NCBI GenBank assembly: GCA_965541615.1
Contig: CBEUCJ010000002.1
Span: forward strand, 31,795 to 95,794
Source: an uncultured bacterium
Lineage (GTDB): Bacteria; Omnitrophota; Gorgyraeia; Duberdicusellales; CBEUCJ01
Direction of reading: 5' to 3'
DNA length: 64,000 nt
Position 1 is the first letter of the stretch. Each line of letters starts with the position of its first letter. The notes beneath the pieces were generated by a model. It made no database searches and was not told the origin of the DNA. It saw nothing but the letters and a program-made list of their open reading frames with translations. This document shows positions 21,591 through 31,962 of the stretch, piece after piece. The position numbers were made by a program, and so were the translations under genes.

Positions 21591-23804
21591 ATGCAGACTT
21601 ATGCTTATGGATTTCCAAGATTGGGCAAAAACAAAGAGTTTAAAAAAAGTATTGAAAGTTTCTGGAATAGAGAAATTTCTGAATCAGAGCTTCTTAAAAA
21701 AATAAAAGAAATAGAAACTGAAAGAATTTCTACTTATGAAAACTTTGAAGTCAAATTTCCTTTAGCTGAAATTACACTTTATGATAATATCTTAGACAAT
21801 GCATTAATATTTGGAGTTTATCCTTATAATATGAGATTAGATAGTTATTTTAAGTTTGCTAGGGGAAAGAGTGCTTTAAAATTAAAAAAGTTCTTCAACA
21901 CAAATTATCATTACCTCGTTCCAGAGATTAAGAAGAATACCAAATTTAAGATTCAATGGAGAAAGCCTTTAGAATGGTATAAAGTCTTTAAAAAAAATCA
22001 ACCTTTATACATGATAGGACCTTTTACTTTTTTGAAATTAAGTAATTTAGAAGACAAAGTAGATTTTGCAGAAAAACTTGCAGAGTTATTCAGTATGTAT
22101 CTTGAGTTATTTAAAGAATTTGAGAAGGAAGGAATAAAAGAAATCCATTTAGATGAACCTGCTTTTGTTTTAGATCTCTCAAAGAAAGAGGTAAAATTTT
22201 TAAAGAAACTTTACAAAGAGAATTTTCAGAGTCTAAATTTAAATATTTATCTTTTTACCTATTATGAAAGTGTAGATTTTTTAAAAGAGCTTTTAGATTT
22301 TCCAGTAAAAGGTATTGGGTTAGATTTTATTCAAGGTTATGAAAATTATACTTTTTTAAGAAAGACAGGTTTCTGTAAGGATAAAATTCTCTTTTCAGGA
22401 ATAATAAATGCTAAGGTACCTATTAGAGAGCATATTCCTTCCAAAGCAGACTTTGTTAAAAAAATTTTGAAAATAAAAGGTGTTTCAGAAAAAAATCTTT
22501 TTTTAAGTGTAAGTTGTCCTTTATTTGGTTTGCCTGTAAGTTTAGAAAAAGAAAAAAATATGCCTAAGAGATTAAGAAGAAAATTGAGTTTTGCCAAAGA
22601 GAAATTAAAAGAATTAAAATTGCTAAAAGGGTATTTGGAAGGGAGATTTAGAAAAGAAGCTTTAGAGTGGTCTAAGAGTTCTGAAATCTTTGAATTTAAA
22701 GACCAAAATATAAAATACTTTGATACTTTATCTTTAAGTAAAAAAGAATTTTTAAGAAGGAAAAGACTCCATCAAAAATTATTCAATTTACCTTTATTTC
22801 CCACCACTACCATTGGAAGTTTTCCTCAGGATAAAGAGTTAAGAAACATAAGAGCTCTTTATAGAAAAAATAAAATCTCTAAATCTGAATATGAAAAATT
22901 TATAAAAGAGAAGATAAAGAGATTGATAAGATTCCAAGAACAAATAGGTTTAGATGTTTTAGTACATGGAGAGTTTGAAAGAACAGATATGGTAGAATTT
23001 TTTGCTCAAAGACTGAAAGGGTTTTATACTACTCAATCTGGTTGGATAATTTCTTATGGAACAAGGGTTTATAGACCTCCTATAATTTGTGACAGAGTTG
23101 AAAGAAAAGCCCCTCTTACTGTGAAAGAGATTACTTTTGCTCAATCTTTAACAAAAAAATTTGTGAAAGGAATAATTACAGGACCTGTTACCATTTTAGG
23201 ATGGAGTTATAACATTACTAAGAATCCTCCTTATAAAGTAGCTTTTCAAATAGCTAAAGCTTTAAATAAAGAAATAAAAGAGTTGATAAAAAAAGGCATA
23301 AAGATAATTCAGATAGATGAACCTGCTTTTAGAGAGCAAGTCCCTTTAAAAAAGCGAAAACAAAGATTTTATTTTTCTTGGGCAATAAGAGCTTTTAATT
23401 TGACTTGTAAAACTCAAGATTTTGTCCAAATACACACTCATATGTGTTATTCAGAGTTTAAAGATATACTCAACCAGATTTTAAAGTTGAACTTTGATGT
23501 AATTACAATTGAAGCTATGCGTAGTAAAGGAGATGTGTTATCAGCTTTCGAAAGTAAAAAATTTGTAAGAGATATAGGTCCAGGGGTATGGGATATACAT
23601 TCAGTTTACGTACCAAAGATTGAGGAGATGAAAGTAGTAATAGAGAAAGCTTTAAAAGTTTTAAAACCCGGTCAAATTTGGATAAATCCAGATTGTGGTT
23701 TAAAGACAAGAAATTACAAAGAAGTAAATTCTGCTTTGAAGAAGATGGTAAAGTTAGCAAAGATTTTGAGAAAGAGATATTCTGAAAGAATTAGGGAAGA
23801 GTGA
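21591..23804 (+). CDS. metE: cobalamin-independent methionine synthase
   Basis: 737 aa; two UROD-like MetE domains, C-terminal Zn-binding region (HTHMCYSEF...NPDCGLKTR); strong RBS AAGGAGG. Confidence 0.9.
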   Translation: MQTYAYGFPRLGKNKEFKKSIESFWNREISESELLKKIKEIETERISTYENFEVKFPLAEITLYDNILDNALIFGVYPYNMRLDSYFKFARGKSALKLKKFFNTNYHYLVPEIKKNTKFKIQWRKPLEWYKVFKKNQPLYMIGPFTFLKLSNLEDKVDFAEKLAELFSMYLELFKEFEKEGIKEIHLDEPAFVLDLSKKEVKFLKKLYKENFQSLNLNIYLFTYYESVDFLKELLDFPVKGIGLDFIQGYENYTFLRKTGFCKDKILFSGIINAKVPIREHIPSKADFVKKILKIKGVSEKNLFLSVSCPLFGLPVSLEKEKNMPKRLRRKLSFAKEKLKELKLLKGYLEGRFRKEALEWSKSSEIFEFKDQNIKYFDTLSLSKKEFLRRKRLHQKLFNLPLFPTTTIGSFPQDKELRNIRALYRKNKISKSEYEKFIKEKIKRLIRFQEQIGLDVLVHGEFERTDMVEFFAQRLKGFYTTQSGWIISYGTRVYRPPIICDRVERKAPLTVKEITFAQSLTKKFVKGIITGPVTILGWSYNITKNPPYKVAFQIAKALNKEIKELIKKGIKIIQIDEPAFREQVPLKKRKQRFYFSWAIRAFNLTCKTQDFVQIHTHMCYSEFKDILNQILKLNFDVITIEAMRSKGDVLSAFESKKFVRDIGPGVWDIHSVYVPKIEEMKVVIEKALKVLKPGQIWINPDCGLKTRNYKEVNSALKKMVKLAKILRKRYSERIREE

Positions 23805-25054
23805 GTTTTAGAGAAATATTTAAAAACAGATCTTTTTCTTGTCTTTGGTTAGGACAAGTTATCTCTCAATTTGGAGATAGGCTCCATCAAATGGCTTTAA
23901 TAGGTTTAATGTATCAGAAAATGCCAGGTTCTTCTTTACAATTAGCAAAGTTATTCTCTTTTATGATATTACCTATTTTTATCTTGGGACCAGTAGCAGG
24001 AGTATATGTAGATAGATGGAGCAAAAAAAGCACCATGTTTTTTTCTGACATACTAAGAGGAATATTAGTATTTCTTATTCCTTTTTACTTTCTAAAATTA
24101 AAAACACTCATTCCCATTTACATAGTAGTATTTTTTGTCTCGTGTATTTCAAGATTCTTTGTTCCTGCAAAGTTGAGCATTATCCCTGAACTTGTAAGGA
24201 CAGATCAATTGCATTTGGCAAATTCTTTAATTTCAACCACAGGTATGATAGGAGCTATGTTAGGGTTTGGATTAGGTGGATTTATTGTAGAAAAAGTTGG
24301 GGTAAAGTTCACTTTTTTATTAGATAGCATAAGCTTTTTTATTTCAGCAGGTTTAATTTCTCTGGTCGTTTCTGCAAAGGATTCAGAATTCAGGCCAAAA
24401 GACATTATTCTTTTAGGGGAAGAGTTGATGAGTAAGGTAAAAAATAGATTCATAAAAGAGCTAAGAGAGGGGTTTTTTTATTTATTTAAAGAGAAAGCAA
24501 GTTTTTTTACTTTAAAGAAACTTTTTGTCTTATCTTCAGGAGTAGGAGCTCTGTATACCACTTTAATAGTCTTTATTCAAAAGACTTTGGGTTCAGCTAC
24601 AAGAGATTTGGGACTAATAGCTGTTATGTTTGGTATAGGATTATTTTTAAGTTCTTTAGTGTATGGAAAAATTGGAAAAAAAATTTCTATTCAAAAAATT
24701 TTAAATTTCTTTTTGTTAGCTGTTAGTTTATTTCTTTTAATGTTTATTATTCTGTTAAAAAAATTCCCTTCTTTAAAATTAAGTTTAATCTCTTCATTCT
24801 TTTTAGGATCTTTAATAAGTCCAATAATTATAGGAGCTAATACCTTAATTCATAAAAGTTGTCAGGGCGTATTTCACGGTAGAATCTTTAGTTGTATGGA
24901 AGTAATAGTTCATTTTGGTTTTCTATTTTTCATGATATTAAGTTCATGGATAGCTCATTTTATAGGAGAATTTAAAGTAATTTTGGGAACATCATTTTTT
25001 ATTGCAATTTATTCTTTTTTTGGTATTTTCAATAAATATGTTAAAAATACCTGA
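23801..25054 (+). CDS. MFS transporter
   Basis: 417 aa; about 12 predicted hydrophobic helices; MFS-like loop motifs. Confidence 0.7.
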   Translation: MSFREIFKNRSFSCLWLGQVISQFGDRLHQMALIGLMYQKMPGSSLQLAKLFSFMILPIFILGPVAGVYVDRWSKKSTMFFSDILRGILVFLIPFYFLKLKTLIPIYIVVFFVSCISRFFVPAKLSIIPELVRTDQLHLANSLISTTGMIGAMLGFGLGGFIVEKVGVKFTFLLDSISFFISAGLISLVVSAKDSEFRPKDIILLGEELMSKVKNRFIKELREGFFYLFKEKASFFTLKKLFVLSSGVGALYTTLIVFIQKTLGSATRDLGLIAVMFGIGLFLSSLVYGKIGKKISIQKILNFFLLAVSLFLLMFIILLKKFPSLKLSLISSFFLGSLISPIIIGANTLIHKSCQGVFHGRIFSCMEVIVHFGFLFFMILSSWIAHFIGEFKVILGTSFFIAIYSFFGIFNKYVKNT

Positions 25055-26336
25055 ATTTAAACATCCTCAGAAAAACACACCTTCTTTAAAAACTCCTATT
25101 CCAAAAAAAGTCTACATAGCTTTATCTCAACATGTAGGAAGACCTGCCCAACCTGTAGTAGGAAAAGGTGATAAAGTAAAATTAGGTCAGCTGATAGCAA
25201 AAGCTTACGGTAAAATCTCTGCAAATATCCATTCACCTGTGGAAGGTAAAGTGCAAGATATTACCTATTTTAACCACCCTATCTTGAAGAGATGTAAGAC
25301 CATAATAATTGAGTCTGAGAATAATTTTGAAGGTGATTTTAAAGAAAAACCAATTTCAGAGATAAGAGAATTAAAACCAAAAGACCTATTAGAAATAATA
25401 TTTGAAAAAGGAATCGTAGGAATGGGAGGAGCTCAATTTCCCACACATGTAAAACTCTCTCCTCCTAAAAAAATAGACATTTTAATTGTAAATGGTTGTG
25501 AGTGTGAGCCTTATTTAGTATGCGATCATATACTAATGAAAGAAAACTTATTAGGTATTTTAAAAGGGGTAGATATAATTAATTTTATCTTGAAGACAGA
25601 AAAAATTATATTTTGCTTAGAGGATAACAAAAGAGAAATAAAGGAATTAATCTTAAATGAATTAAAAAATTTTACTCCTATTTTTTCTGAAAACTTTAAT
25701 TTAGAAATAAAAGTCTTTAAGACTCGATATCCGCAAGGTGCTGAAAAACAACTAATATTTAATGCTACTAAAAGAGTAGTCCCTGCTGGAAAATTACCTT
25801 TTCAAGTAGGAGTTTTAGTTCAAAATGTAGCTACATTATATGCAGTGTATGAAGCTGTTTATAAAGATAAACCTTTAATCGAAAGATTGGTGACTTTTGC
25901 AGGCAAGATTTTAGAGAAACCTCAAAATCTATGGGTAAGAATAGGCACTTTAATTAAAGATCTATTAGAATCACAGATTTTGAGATTAAAATCTGAGCCT
26001 AAAAAGTTAATTTTTGGTGGACCTATGATGGGTATAGCCCAAGAAAGTTTAGAAGTTCCTATTTTAAAAGGTACAGGCGGAGTCTTATTTTTTGGAGATA
26101 GAGATTTAATTTTTAAAGATGAATTTAACTGTATAAGATGCGGAAGATGTGTAGAGGTGTGTCCTATGAATTTATTACCTTGCAGGATTTACACACTTAT
26201 TAAAAATTCTGAATTTTCATCTTTAAAAGAATTTTATATCTCTGATTGCATAGAATGCGGAAGTTGCAGTTATGTATGTCCAGCAGGTATCCCTTTGAGT
26301 TCTTACATAAAATGGGCAAAGAGTTTAAATTTATAA
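25002..26336 (+). CDS. rnfC: Rnf electron transport complex subunit C
   Basis: 444 aa; NADH-binding NuoF-like core plus two C-terminal 4Fe-4S motifs (CIRCGRCVEVCP, CIECGSCSYVCP). Confidence 0.85.
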   Translation: MQFILFLVFSINMLKIPEFKHPQKNTPSLKTPIPKKVYIALSQHVGRPAQPVVGKGDKVKLGQLIAKAYGKISANIHSPVEGKVQDITYFNHPILKRCKTIIIESENNFEGDFKEKPISEIRELKPKDLLEIIFEKGIVGMGGAQFPTHVKLSPPKKIDILIVNGCECEPYLVCDHILMKENLLGILKGVDIINFILKTEKIIFCLEDNKREIKELILNELKNFTPIFSENFNLEIKVFKTRYPQGAEKQLIFNATKRVVPAGKLPFQVGVLVQNVATLYAVYEAVYKDKPLIERLVTFAGKILEKPQNLWVRIGTLIKDLLESQILRLKSEPKKLIFGGPMMGIAQESLEVPILKGTGGVLFFGDRDLIFKDEFNCIRCGRCVEVCPMNLLPCRIYTLIKNSEFSSLKEFYISDCIECGSCSYVCPAGIPLSSYIKWAKSLNL

Positions 26337-27244
26337 TTGAATACCCTCCTCATTTAAAGAGTAAGAATAAAGTCCCCCAAGTTATGCTCTTTGTAGTTTT
26401 AGGAACTTTGCCGAGTTTAATTTGGAGTGTGTATTTATTTAGGTTTAATGCTATAAGAGTTTTGGGTTTGAGTATCTTTAGTTGCTTTTTAGCAGAGTAT
26501 TTATACTGTAAATTTTTAAAAAAACCTTTGAGTTTAAAAGATCTTTCTTTTTTGGTCACAGGAATTCTTTATGCTCTTACTCTACCCCCAAGTATTCCTT
26601 CTTATCCTTGTATTTTGGGAGGATTTTTCAGTATAATAGTAGGTAAAATGATATTTGGAGGTCTGGGGCAGAATATTTTCAATCCTGCTTTGGTAGGAAG
26701 AGCATTTTTAACAGCTTCTTTTCCTGTTTATATGACTTCTTGGATAAGACCTTTTGATGGTGTAAGTTGTGCTACCCCTTTAAATCTATGGAAATTCAAT
26801 GGAATAATTACTCCTTTAAAAGATTTATTTTTTGGATTAAGTGGTGGAAGTTTGGGGGAGATGAATAGTTTTTTACTTCTTTTGGGAGGATTATTCTTAA
26901 TTTTTACAAAAACAGCTGATTTCAGAATCCCTCTATCTTATTTAGTTACAGTATTTTTGATTTCTTCTTTATTTTACCTTTTAAATCCTTTAAACGGAAG
27001 TCCTTTATTTCATTTATTCAGTGGAGGATTGATGTTAGGAGCTTTTTTTATGGCTACAGATCCAGTTACCTCTCCTTACACAAAGCTAGGTAAGATTATT
27101 TTTGGAATAGGGTGTGGTATAATTTGCATGAGTATAAGATACTTTGGAGGATTACCTGAAGGAGTTATGTTTTCAATCCTATTTATGAATGCATTAACTC
27201 CTCTAATAAATAAAGTTACAAAACCTAAAAGTTTTGGAAGATGA
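26246..27244 (+). CDS. rnfD: Rnf complex subunit D
   Basis: 332 aa polytopic membrane protein of the NqrB/RnfD family (FMATDPVTSP). Confidence 0.85.
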   Translation: MHRMRKLQLCMSSRYPFEFLHKMGKEFKFIIEYPPHLKSKNKVPQVMLFVVLGTLPSLIWSVYLFRFNAIRVLGLSIFSCFLAEYLYCKFLKKPLSLKDLSFLVTGILYALTLPPSIPSYPCILGGFFSIIVGKMIFGGLGQNIFNPALVGRAFLTASFPVYMTSWIRPFDGVSCATPLNLWKFNGIITPLKDLFFGLSGGSLGEMNSFLLLLGGLFLIFTKTADFRIPLSYLVTVFLISSLFYLLNPLNGSPLFHLFSGGLMLGAFFMATDPVTSPYTKLGKIIFGIGCGIICMSIRYFGGLPEGVMFSILFMNALTPLINKVTKPKSFGR

Positions 27245-27795
27245 ATAAGACTTTTAAAGTAATCTTAATTTTAACTCTTGTAAGTTTTTTATCAGGATTC
27301 TTTTTATCTTTTGCTTATAAAAAATTTAACCCTAAGATATTAGAGAATCAAAAAAAAGAGACGCGAGAAAAAATTTTTGAAATAATTCCTAAAGCTCAAA
27401 GAGTAGAGGAAAAACTTTTAAAGGATAAAACTATTAATTTTGTTTATGACAAAAAGACTCAACTTTTAGGGTATTGTAGTGTAGGAGAAGGGTTTGGATA
27501 TCAAGGAAAGATAAAAGTATTAGTCTGTGTAGATAAGGATTTTAAAAAGATATTAGGTATAGATATAATTGAACATTCAGAGACCCCAGGTTTAGGAGCT
27601 AAGATAACTCAAAAAAATTTTAGAGATCAATTTAAAGGTTTAAAGACCGATATCCAAATAAAAGTAAAGAAAAGAAAAGCTCTTTTAGAAAACAATGAGA
27701 TTCAAGCAATATCTGGAGCTACTATCTCTTCTGAGAGTGTAACTAAAATCGTAAATGAAACTTTAAAAGAACTTAGAAAGATATTGAAAAAATGA
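27241..27795 (+). CDS. rnfG: Rnf complex subunit G
   Basis: 184 aa; N-terminal TM anchor; FMN-binding motif SGATISS. Confidence 0.8.
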   Translation: MNKTFKVILILTLVSFLSGFFLSFAYKKFNPKILENQKKETREKIFEIIPKAQRVEEKLLKDKTINFVYDKKTQLLGYCSVGEGFGYQGKIKVLVCVDKDFKKILGIDIIEHSETPGLGAKITQKNFRDQFKGLKTDIQIKVKKRKALLENNEIQAISGATISSESVTKIVNETLKELRKILKK

Positions 27796-28382
27796 AGAAC
27801 ATTCAAATTATTAAAAATGGATTATGGTATAATCATCCTATCTTTAGACAACTTTTAGGAATGTGCCCTACTTTAGCAGTTACTACTTCCTTCATAAATG
27901 CTTTATCTATGGGATTAAGTGTAATATTTGTTTTAGTCTCTTCAAGTTTTATAGTCTCTTTGATAAAAAGAATAGTTCCCCAACAGGTGAGGATAGCTGT
28001 CTTCACGATCATAATTTCTACTTTTGTTACAATAGTAGATCTTTTTTTAAAAGCAAATTTTCCTCTGATCTCTAAAGCATTAGGACCCTATGTGCCTTTA
28101 ATCATCGTTAATTGCATAATTTTGGCTAGATTAGAAGTTTTTGCTTCAAAGAATACTTTGTGTAAATCCTTATTAGATGCCTTTTCTACAGGATTGGGAT
28201 TTTTATGGGGATTATTGGTTTTGGGGAGTATAAGAGAAATTTTAGGAAAAGGCACTTTGATAGGTATTCCTATAATAAAGATGAAAGATAACTTGCTCAT
28301 TATGCTTATGCCTGCAGGAGCTTTCTTTTCTTTAGGGTTTTTGGTCGGTTTAATGAACAAGATTGAAAAGAAAAAATGTTAA
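27792..28382 (+). CDS. rnfE: Rnf complex subunit E
   Basis: 196 aa; RnfA/RnfE family membrane protein. Confidence 0.85.
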   Translation: MKNIQIIKNGLWYNHPIFRQLLGMCPTLAVTTSFINALSMGLSVIFVLVSSSFIVSLIKRIVPQQVRIAVFTIIISTFVTIVDLFLKANFPLISKALGPYVPLIIVNCIILARLEVFASKNTLCKSLLDAFSTGLGFLWGLLVLGSIREILGKGTLIGIPIIKMKDNLLIMLMPAGAFFSLGFLVGLMNKIEKKKC

Positions 28383-28957
28383 AGGAATTGCTTTTTATAG
28401 TGCTATCAGCTGTTTTAGTAAATAATTTTGTTTTAAGTTATTTTTTAGGGATCTGTCCTTTTTTAGGAGTCTCACAATCTTTAACATCTGCTTTTGGGAT
28501 GGGAGGAGCGGTTACTTTTGTGATGACTTTGGCGAGTAGTATTACATGGTTAATATACCATTTATTTTTAGAAAAATTTGGGCTCAGTTTCTTAGAATAT
28601 GCTGTATTTATTTTGGTAATAGCTTCTTTAGTACAATTAGTAGAAATGTTTATTAGAAAGTATTCTCAATTTCTTTTTAAAGCTTTAGGGATTTACCTTC
28701 CTTTGATAACTACAAACTGTGCTATTTTAGGTTTGTGTTTGTTTGTTATTATGAGAAATTACAATTTTTTAGAGACTGTAATATACGGATTTTCAGCAGG
28801 AATAGGGTTTAGTTTAGTCTTATTGATTATGGCAGGTATAAGAGAAGAGCTAAGATTTTGTGATGTACCTGAAAGTTTAAAAGGTGCAGGAATAACTTTA
28901 ATAACAGCAGGTTTATTATCATTAAGCTTTATGGGATTTTCAGGAATGTTGAAATGA
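28376..28957 (+). CDS. rnfA: Rnf complex subunit A
   Basis: 193 aa; RnfA/RnfE family membrane protein. Confidence 0.85.
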   Translation: MLKELLFIVLSAVLVNNFVLSYFLGICPFLGVSQSLTSAFGMGGAVTFVMTLASSITWLIYHLFLEKFGLSFLEYAVFILVIASLVQLVEMFIRKYSQFLFKALGIYLPLITTNCAILGLCLFVIMRNYNFLETVIYGFSAGIGFSLVLLIMAGIREELRFCDVPESLKGAGITLITAGLLSLSFMGFSGMLK

Positions 28958-29757
28958 AAGAAGTTGTTATTTCTTCTATAGGATTAGGATTAATCGGATT
29001 TTTATTTGCTGTAATATTAAGTATAGCTGATAAGAAATTGGCAGTAAAAAAAGATCCAGTTTTAGAAAAGATTCTTAAGATATTGCCAGGAATAAATTGT
29101 GGAGCCTGTGGGTTTAGTAGTTGTGAAGCTTTTGCTCAGAATGTATTAGAGAAAAAGAGTTTATTTAAAGGGTGTTTGGCAGGAGGAAAAGAAGTAAATG
29201 AAAAGTTGTGTAATTTATTGGGATTAGAATCTCCACACACAACAAAAAAGAAAGTAATAGTAAAATGTTCTCAAACTGAACCTAAAAAATTCTCTGCTGA
29301 GTACAGAGGAGTAAAAAGTTGTGCTTTGGCAGATTTGGTAGGGGGAGGTTTAGCTTGTAAATATGGATGTTTAGGTTTTGGAGATTGTGAGAAAGTTTGT
29401 AAGTTTGGTGCTATAAAAATAGAGAAGGGATTACCTGTTATAAATTATGAAAAATGTGTAGGATGTGGAGAATGTGTAAAAGCATGTCCCAGAAATGTTT
29501 TAGAGATTGTAGAGATAAAAAATGACAAACTTTATTGGGTAGGTTGTAATAATCCAGAAACTGCAGTTCAAGTAAAAAAAGTATGTGATGTAGGATGCAT
29601 AGGTTGTGGACTTTGCACAAAGGTAATACCTGAAAGTCCTTTTTATTTAGAAGAAGCTTTAGCAAAAATTTGTTACAAGAAAATAGAAGATAAAAATTTG
29701 GATTTAGCTTTACAAAGATGCCCTACCAAAGTAATTAAAAAAATAGATGTCTCTTAA
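28954..29757 (+). CDS. rnfB: Rnf complex subunit B
   Basis: 267 aa; N-terminal TM anchor; multiple CxxCxxCxxxCP 4Fe-4S motifs. Confidence 0.85.
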   Translation: MKEVVISSIGLGLIGFLFAVILSIADKKLAVKKDPVLEKILKILPGINCGACGFSSCEAFAQNVLEKKSLFKGCLAGGKEVNEKLCNLLGLESPHTTKKKVIVKCSQTEPKKFSAEYRGVKSCALADLVGGGLACKYGCLGFGDCEKVCKFGAIKIEKGLPVINYEKCVGCGECVKACPRNVLEIVEIKNDKLYWVGCNNPETAVQVKKVCDVGCIGCGLCTKVIPESPFYLEEALAKICYKKIEDKNLDLALQRCPTKVIKKIDVS

Positions 29758-30124
29758 AAGAAAAGCAAGAGTTTCAAAAGTAGATAAGAACAATCTAGAA
29801 GTGGAGTTTTTAGATACTTTTCATTGTAAAGGGTGTAAGTTAAACTGTAAAGTGAATGAGAAGATAACTTTAACTAAAAACACTGAATTTAAAGAAGGTG
29901 AAATTGTAGAATTGAGGTTTTCAGAAAAGAAATTTTTAATTTTGATATTTATTACATTTTTAATTCCTTCTCTTTTGTTCATCCTTACAATATTTGTCTT
30001 TAGAGATTTAAAGATAATAAGTTTTTTGTTAGCTGTGTTGATATTATTAATTTATTTTTTGATTCTTGCAAAGTCTTTTAAGAAGAACAAAATATTTGAT
30101 GAAATTGAGATTCATAAAATCTAA
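29747..30124 (+). CDS. RseC/MucC-like (SoxR-reducing-system type) small membrane protein
   Basis: 125 aa; N-terminal Cys pair (CKGCKLNC) followed by two TM helices; this family is commonly found next to rnf. Confidence 0.5.
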   Translation: MSLKRKARVSKVDKNNLEVEFLDTFHCKGCKLNCKVNEKITLTKNTEFKEGEIVELRFSEKKFLILIFITFLIPSLLFILTIFVFRDLKIISFLLAVLILLIYFLILAKSFKKNKIFDEIEIHKI

Positions 30125-30130
30125 GGTTTT

Positions 30131-30733
30131 ATGAATATAGCTATCTTTGCCTCAGGAAGAGGTACAAACTTTGAGGCTTTAGTTAAAGCTCAAAGGAAAG
30201 GAGTTTTTAAAGCTGACATTAAGATCTTAATCACAGATAATAAATCTGCTTATGTAAGAAGGAGAGCAAGAAGATTAGGTATAAAAGAAGAAGTTGTAGA
30301 ATTTGAAAAATTTAAGGATAGAAAGAGTTTTGAGAAAGAAATTTTGAAAATTTTAAAAAGAGAAAAGATAGATTTAATATTACTAGCTGGCTTTATGAGG
30401 ATACTTTCTCCTTATTTTGTAAAAAAATATAAAAACAGAATTTTAAATATCCATCCAGCATTGTTGCCCTCTTTTAAAGGAACTCAGGCTATAAAAAGAG
30501 CTTTTAAGTATGGAGTAAAAGTCACAGGTGTTACAGTCCATTTTGTGAATGAAAAGGTAGATTCGGGTCCTATCATACTGCAAGAACCAGTCAAAATCAC
30601 CCAAAAAGATACCTTAGAAAGTTTAGAGAGAAAAATCCACAGAGTAGAACACAAGTTGTATCCTAAAGCTGTAAAGTTGTTTGTAGAAGGAAAATTAAAG
30701 ATAGAAGGAAGGAGGGTTAAAATTGCAGAATAA
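30131..30733 (+). CDS. purN: phosphoribosylglycinamide formyltransferase
   Basis: 200 aa; IAIFASGRGTNFEAL, LAGFMRIL, NIHPALLPSFKG motifs. Confidence 0.85.
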   Translation: MNIAIFASGRGTNFEALVKAQRKGVFKADIKILITDNKSAYVRRRARRLGIKEEVVEFEKFKDRKSFEKEILKILKREKIDLILLAGFMRILSPYFVKKYKNRILNIHPALLPSFKGTQAIKRAFKYGVKVTGVTVHFVNEKVDSGPIILQEPVKITQKDTLESLERKIHRVEHKLYPKAVKLFVEGKLKIEGRRVKIAE

Positions 30734-31154
30734 AAAATTGTATTTCTTAATTCTATTTTTATTGTTCTCTAATGTAGTTCTTATCGCTAAAGAAAAGAAA
30801 TTAGAATTTACTGCAAAAGTAGATAAGAACACAATTTCAGAAGATGAGACTTTAAAATTAGAAGTGACTTTAAAATTTAAAGGAAAACAGACTCCAAAGA
30901 TAATTCTTCCAAAATTTAAAGACTTTAAGGTAATAGGCAGATTTCAATCTCAAAGTATAAACATAATTAAAGGAGAATTAGAATATGTTTACAAATTGAC
31001 ACTTTTACTTTTGCCAAAAAAGACAGGTACTTTACTAATTCCTTCTATAAGGGCAAAGATAAAATTTAAAGAACTATCCACAGATCCTATAAAAATAAAA
31101 GTTAAACCTCAAACAGAGGAAGAGATTACTTTTGAAGAAGGGATTTCAGTCTGA
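30723..31154 (+). CDS. secreted BatD N-terminal-domain-like protein (possible remnant)
   Basis: 143 aa; signal peptide then a region resembling the N-terminal domain of BatD (PKKTGTLLIPSIRAKI...); far shorter than full BatD; convergent overlap with the next gene. Confidence 0.35.
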   Translation: MQNKKLYFLILFLLFSNVVLIAKEKKLEFTAKVDKNTISEDETLKLEVTLKFKGKQTPKIILPKFKDFKVIGRFQSQSINIIKGELEYVYKLTLLLLPKKTGTLLIPSIRAKIKFKELSTDPIKIKVKPQTEEEITFEEGISV

Positions 31155-31962
31155 GAGGAGGTTTAATATTTTCTAAAGATTTAAAAGAAAAAAATTCTAA
31201 TTCTTTATTATTTAGATATATCTTTATTCCTAAAAAATCTTTATATTCGTAGATTTTAATAAAAAATTTGAATATTTTTAAAATGTCTTTTAAAATAGGT
31301 TCAGTTAATTTGAAATTCTCATCTGTTGTTTCTAAATATATTTCATAAAAATCTCCGTCAAAATCACATTTTATCTCTTTTATTCCTTCTATTTTTTTAT
31401 TGGTAAAATACATACTCAGTTTATTTACCATTAGTTCGCACAGAAATTCTTCAAAATCTATATCATGGACAGGAATGTGCGTACCTGTTTCATCTCCTAA
31501 AGCACTGAGGTTAAAATAACTTTTGATCACCGTTCTATCAGCTAATTCTTCATCAGAGATATAAAATAAAAAGAATTTTTTTAAATCCTCAAAATTTACT
31601 ATCTCTATAATATCTGCACCTGTTTCATAGATGTCTGAGACTACTGTTACATAAAACTTTGGAGGTTTATCTAAACTAAGGAGAACTCTGCTTATACTTA
31701 GACTTATCTTTCTCATTTTATCTATAACTTCATCTTTAATTTTTAGATCTTTGTTCAAAATACTTTTAAAAGGAGCATAAATCCAAATAGTCTCTCCCAC
31801 ATCCTTTACTACTACATTTATGTTAAATTCTTTCTTACAGATTTTTTTTATCTCTTCTCTTACATTTCTTCTTTTATAGGTAGGAGGAATAGTACAGGCA
31901 CAAAAGAAAAGAATGCTAATTAGGAGAGCTTTTTTCTTTACCATATTTTTTAAAGAGTTCAA
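31126..31962 (-). CDS. hypothetical lipoprotein
   Basis: 278 aa; N-terminal hydrophobic segment ending FFCAC (lipobox-like); start overlaps the 3' end of the FtsH-like gene. Confidence 0.4.
   Translation of the reverse strand: MNSLKNMVKKKALLISILFFCACTIPPTYKRRNVREEIKKICKKEFNINVVVKDVGETIWIYAPFKSILNKDLKIKDEVIDKMRKISLSISRVLLSLDKPPKFYVTVVSDIYETGADIIEIVNFEDLKKFFLFYISDEELADRTVIKSYFNLSALGDETGTHIPVHDIDFEEFLCELMVNKLSMYFTNKKIEGIKEIKCDFDGDFYEIYLETTDENFKLTEPILKDILKIFKFFIKIYEYKDFLGIKIYLNNKELEFFSFKSLENIKPPLRLKSLLQK

Noticed and set aside
28088-28360. 90-aa antisense ORF opposite rnfE, and the 70-aa + strand alternate-frame ORF at 27863-28075
   Set aside because: Both are embedded in the rnfE coding region, and the membrane-protein frame is clearly the real one.
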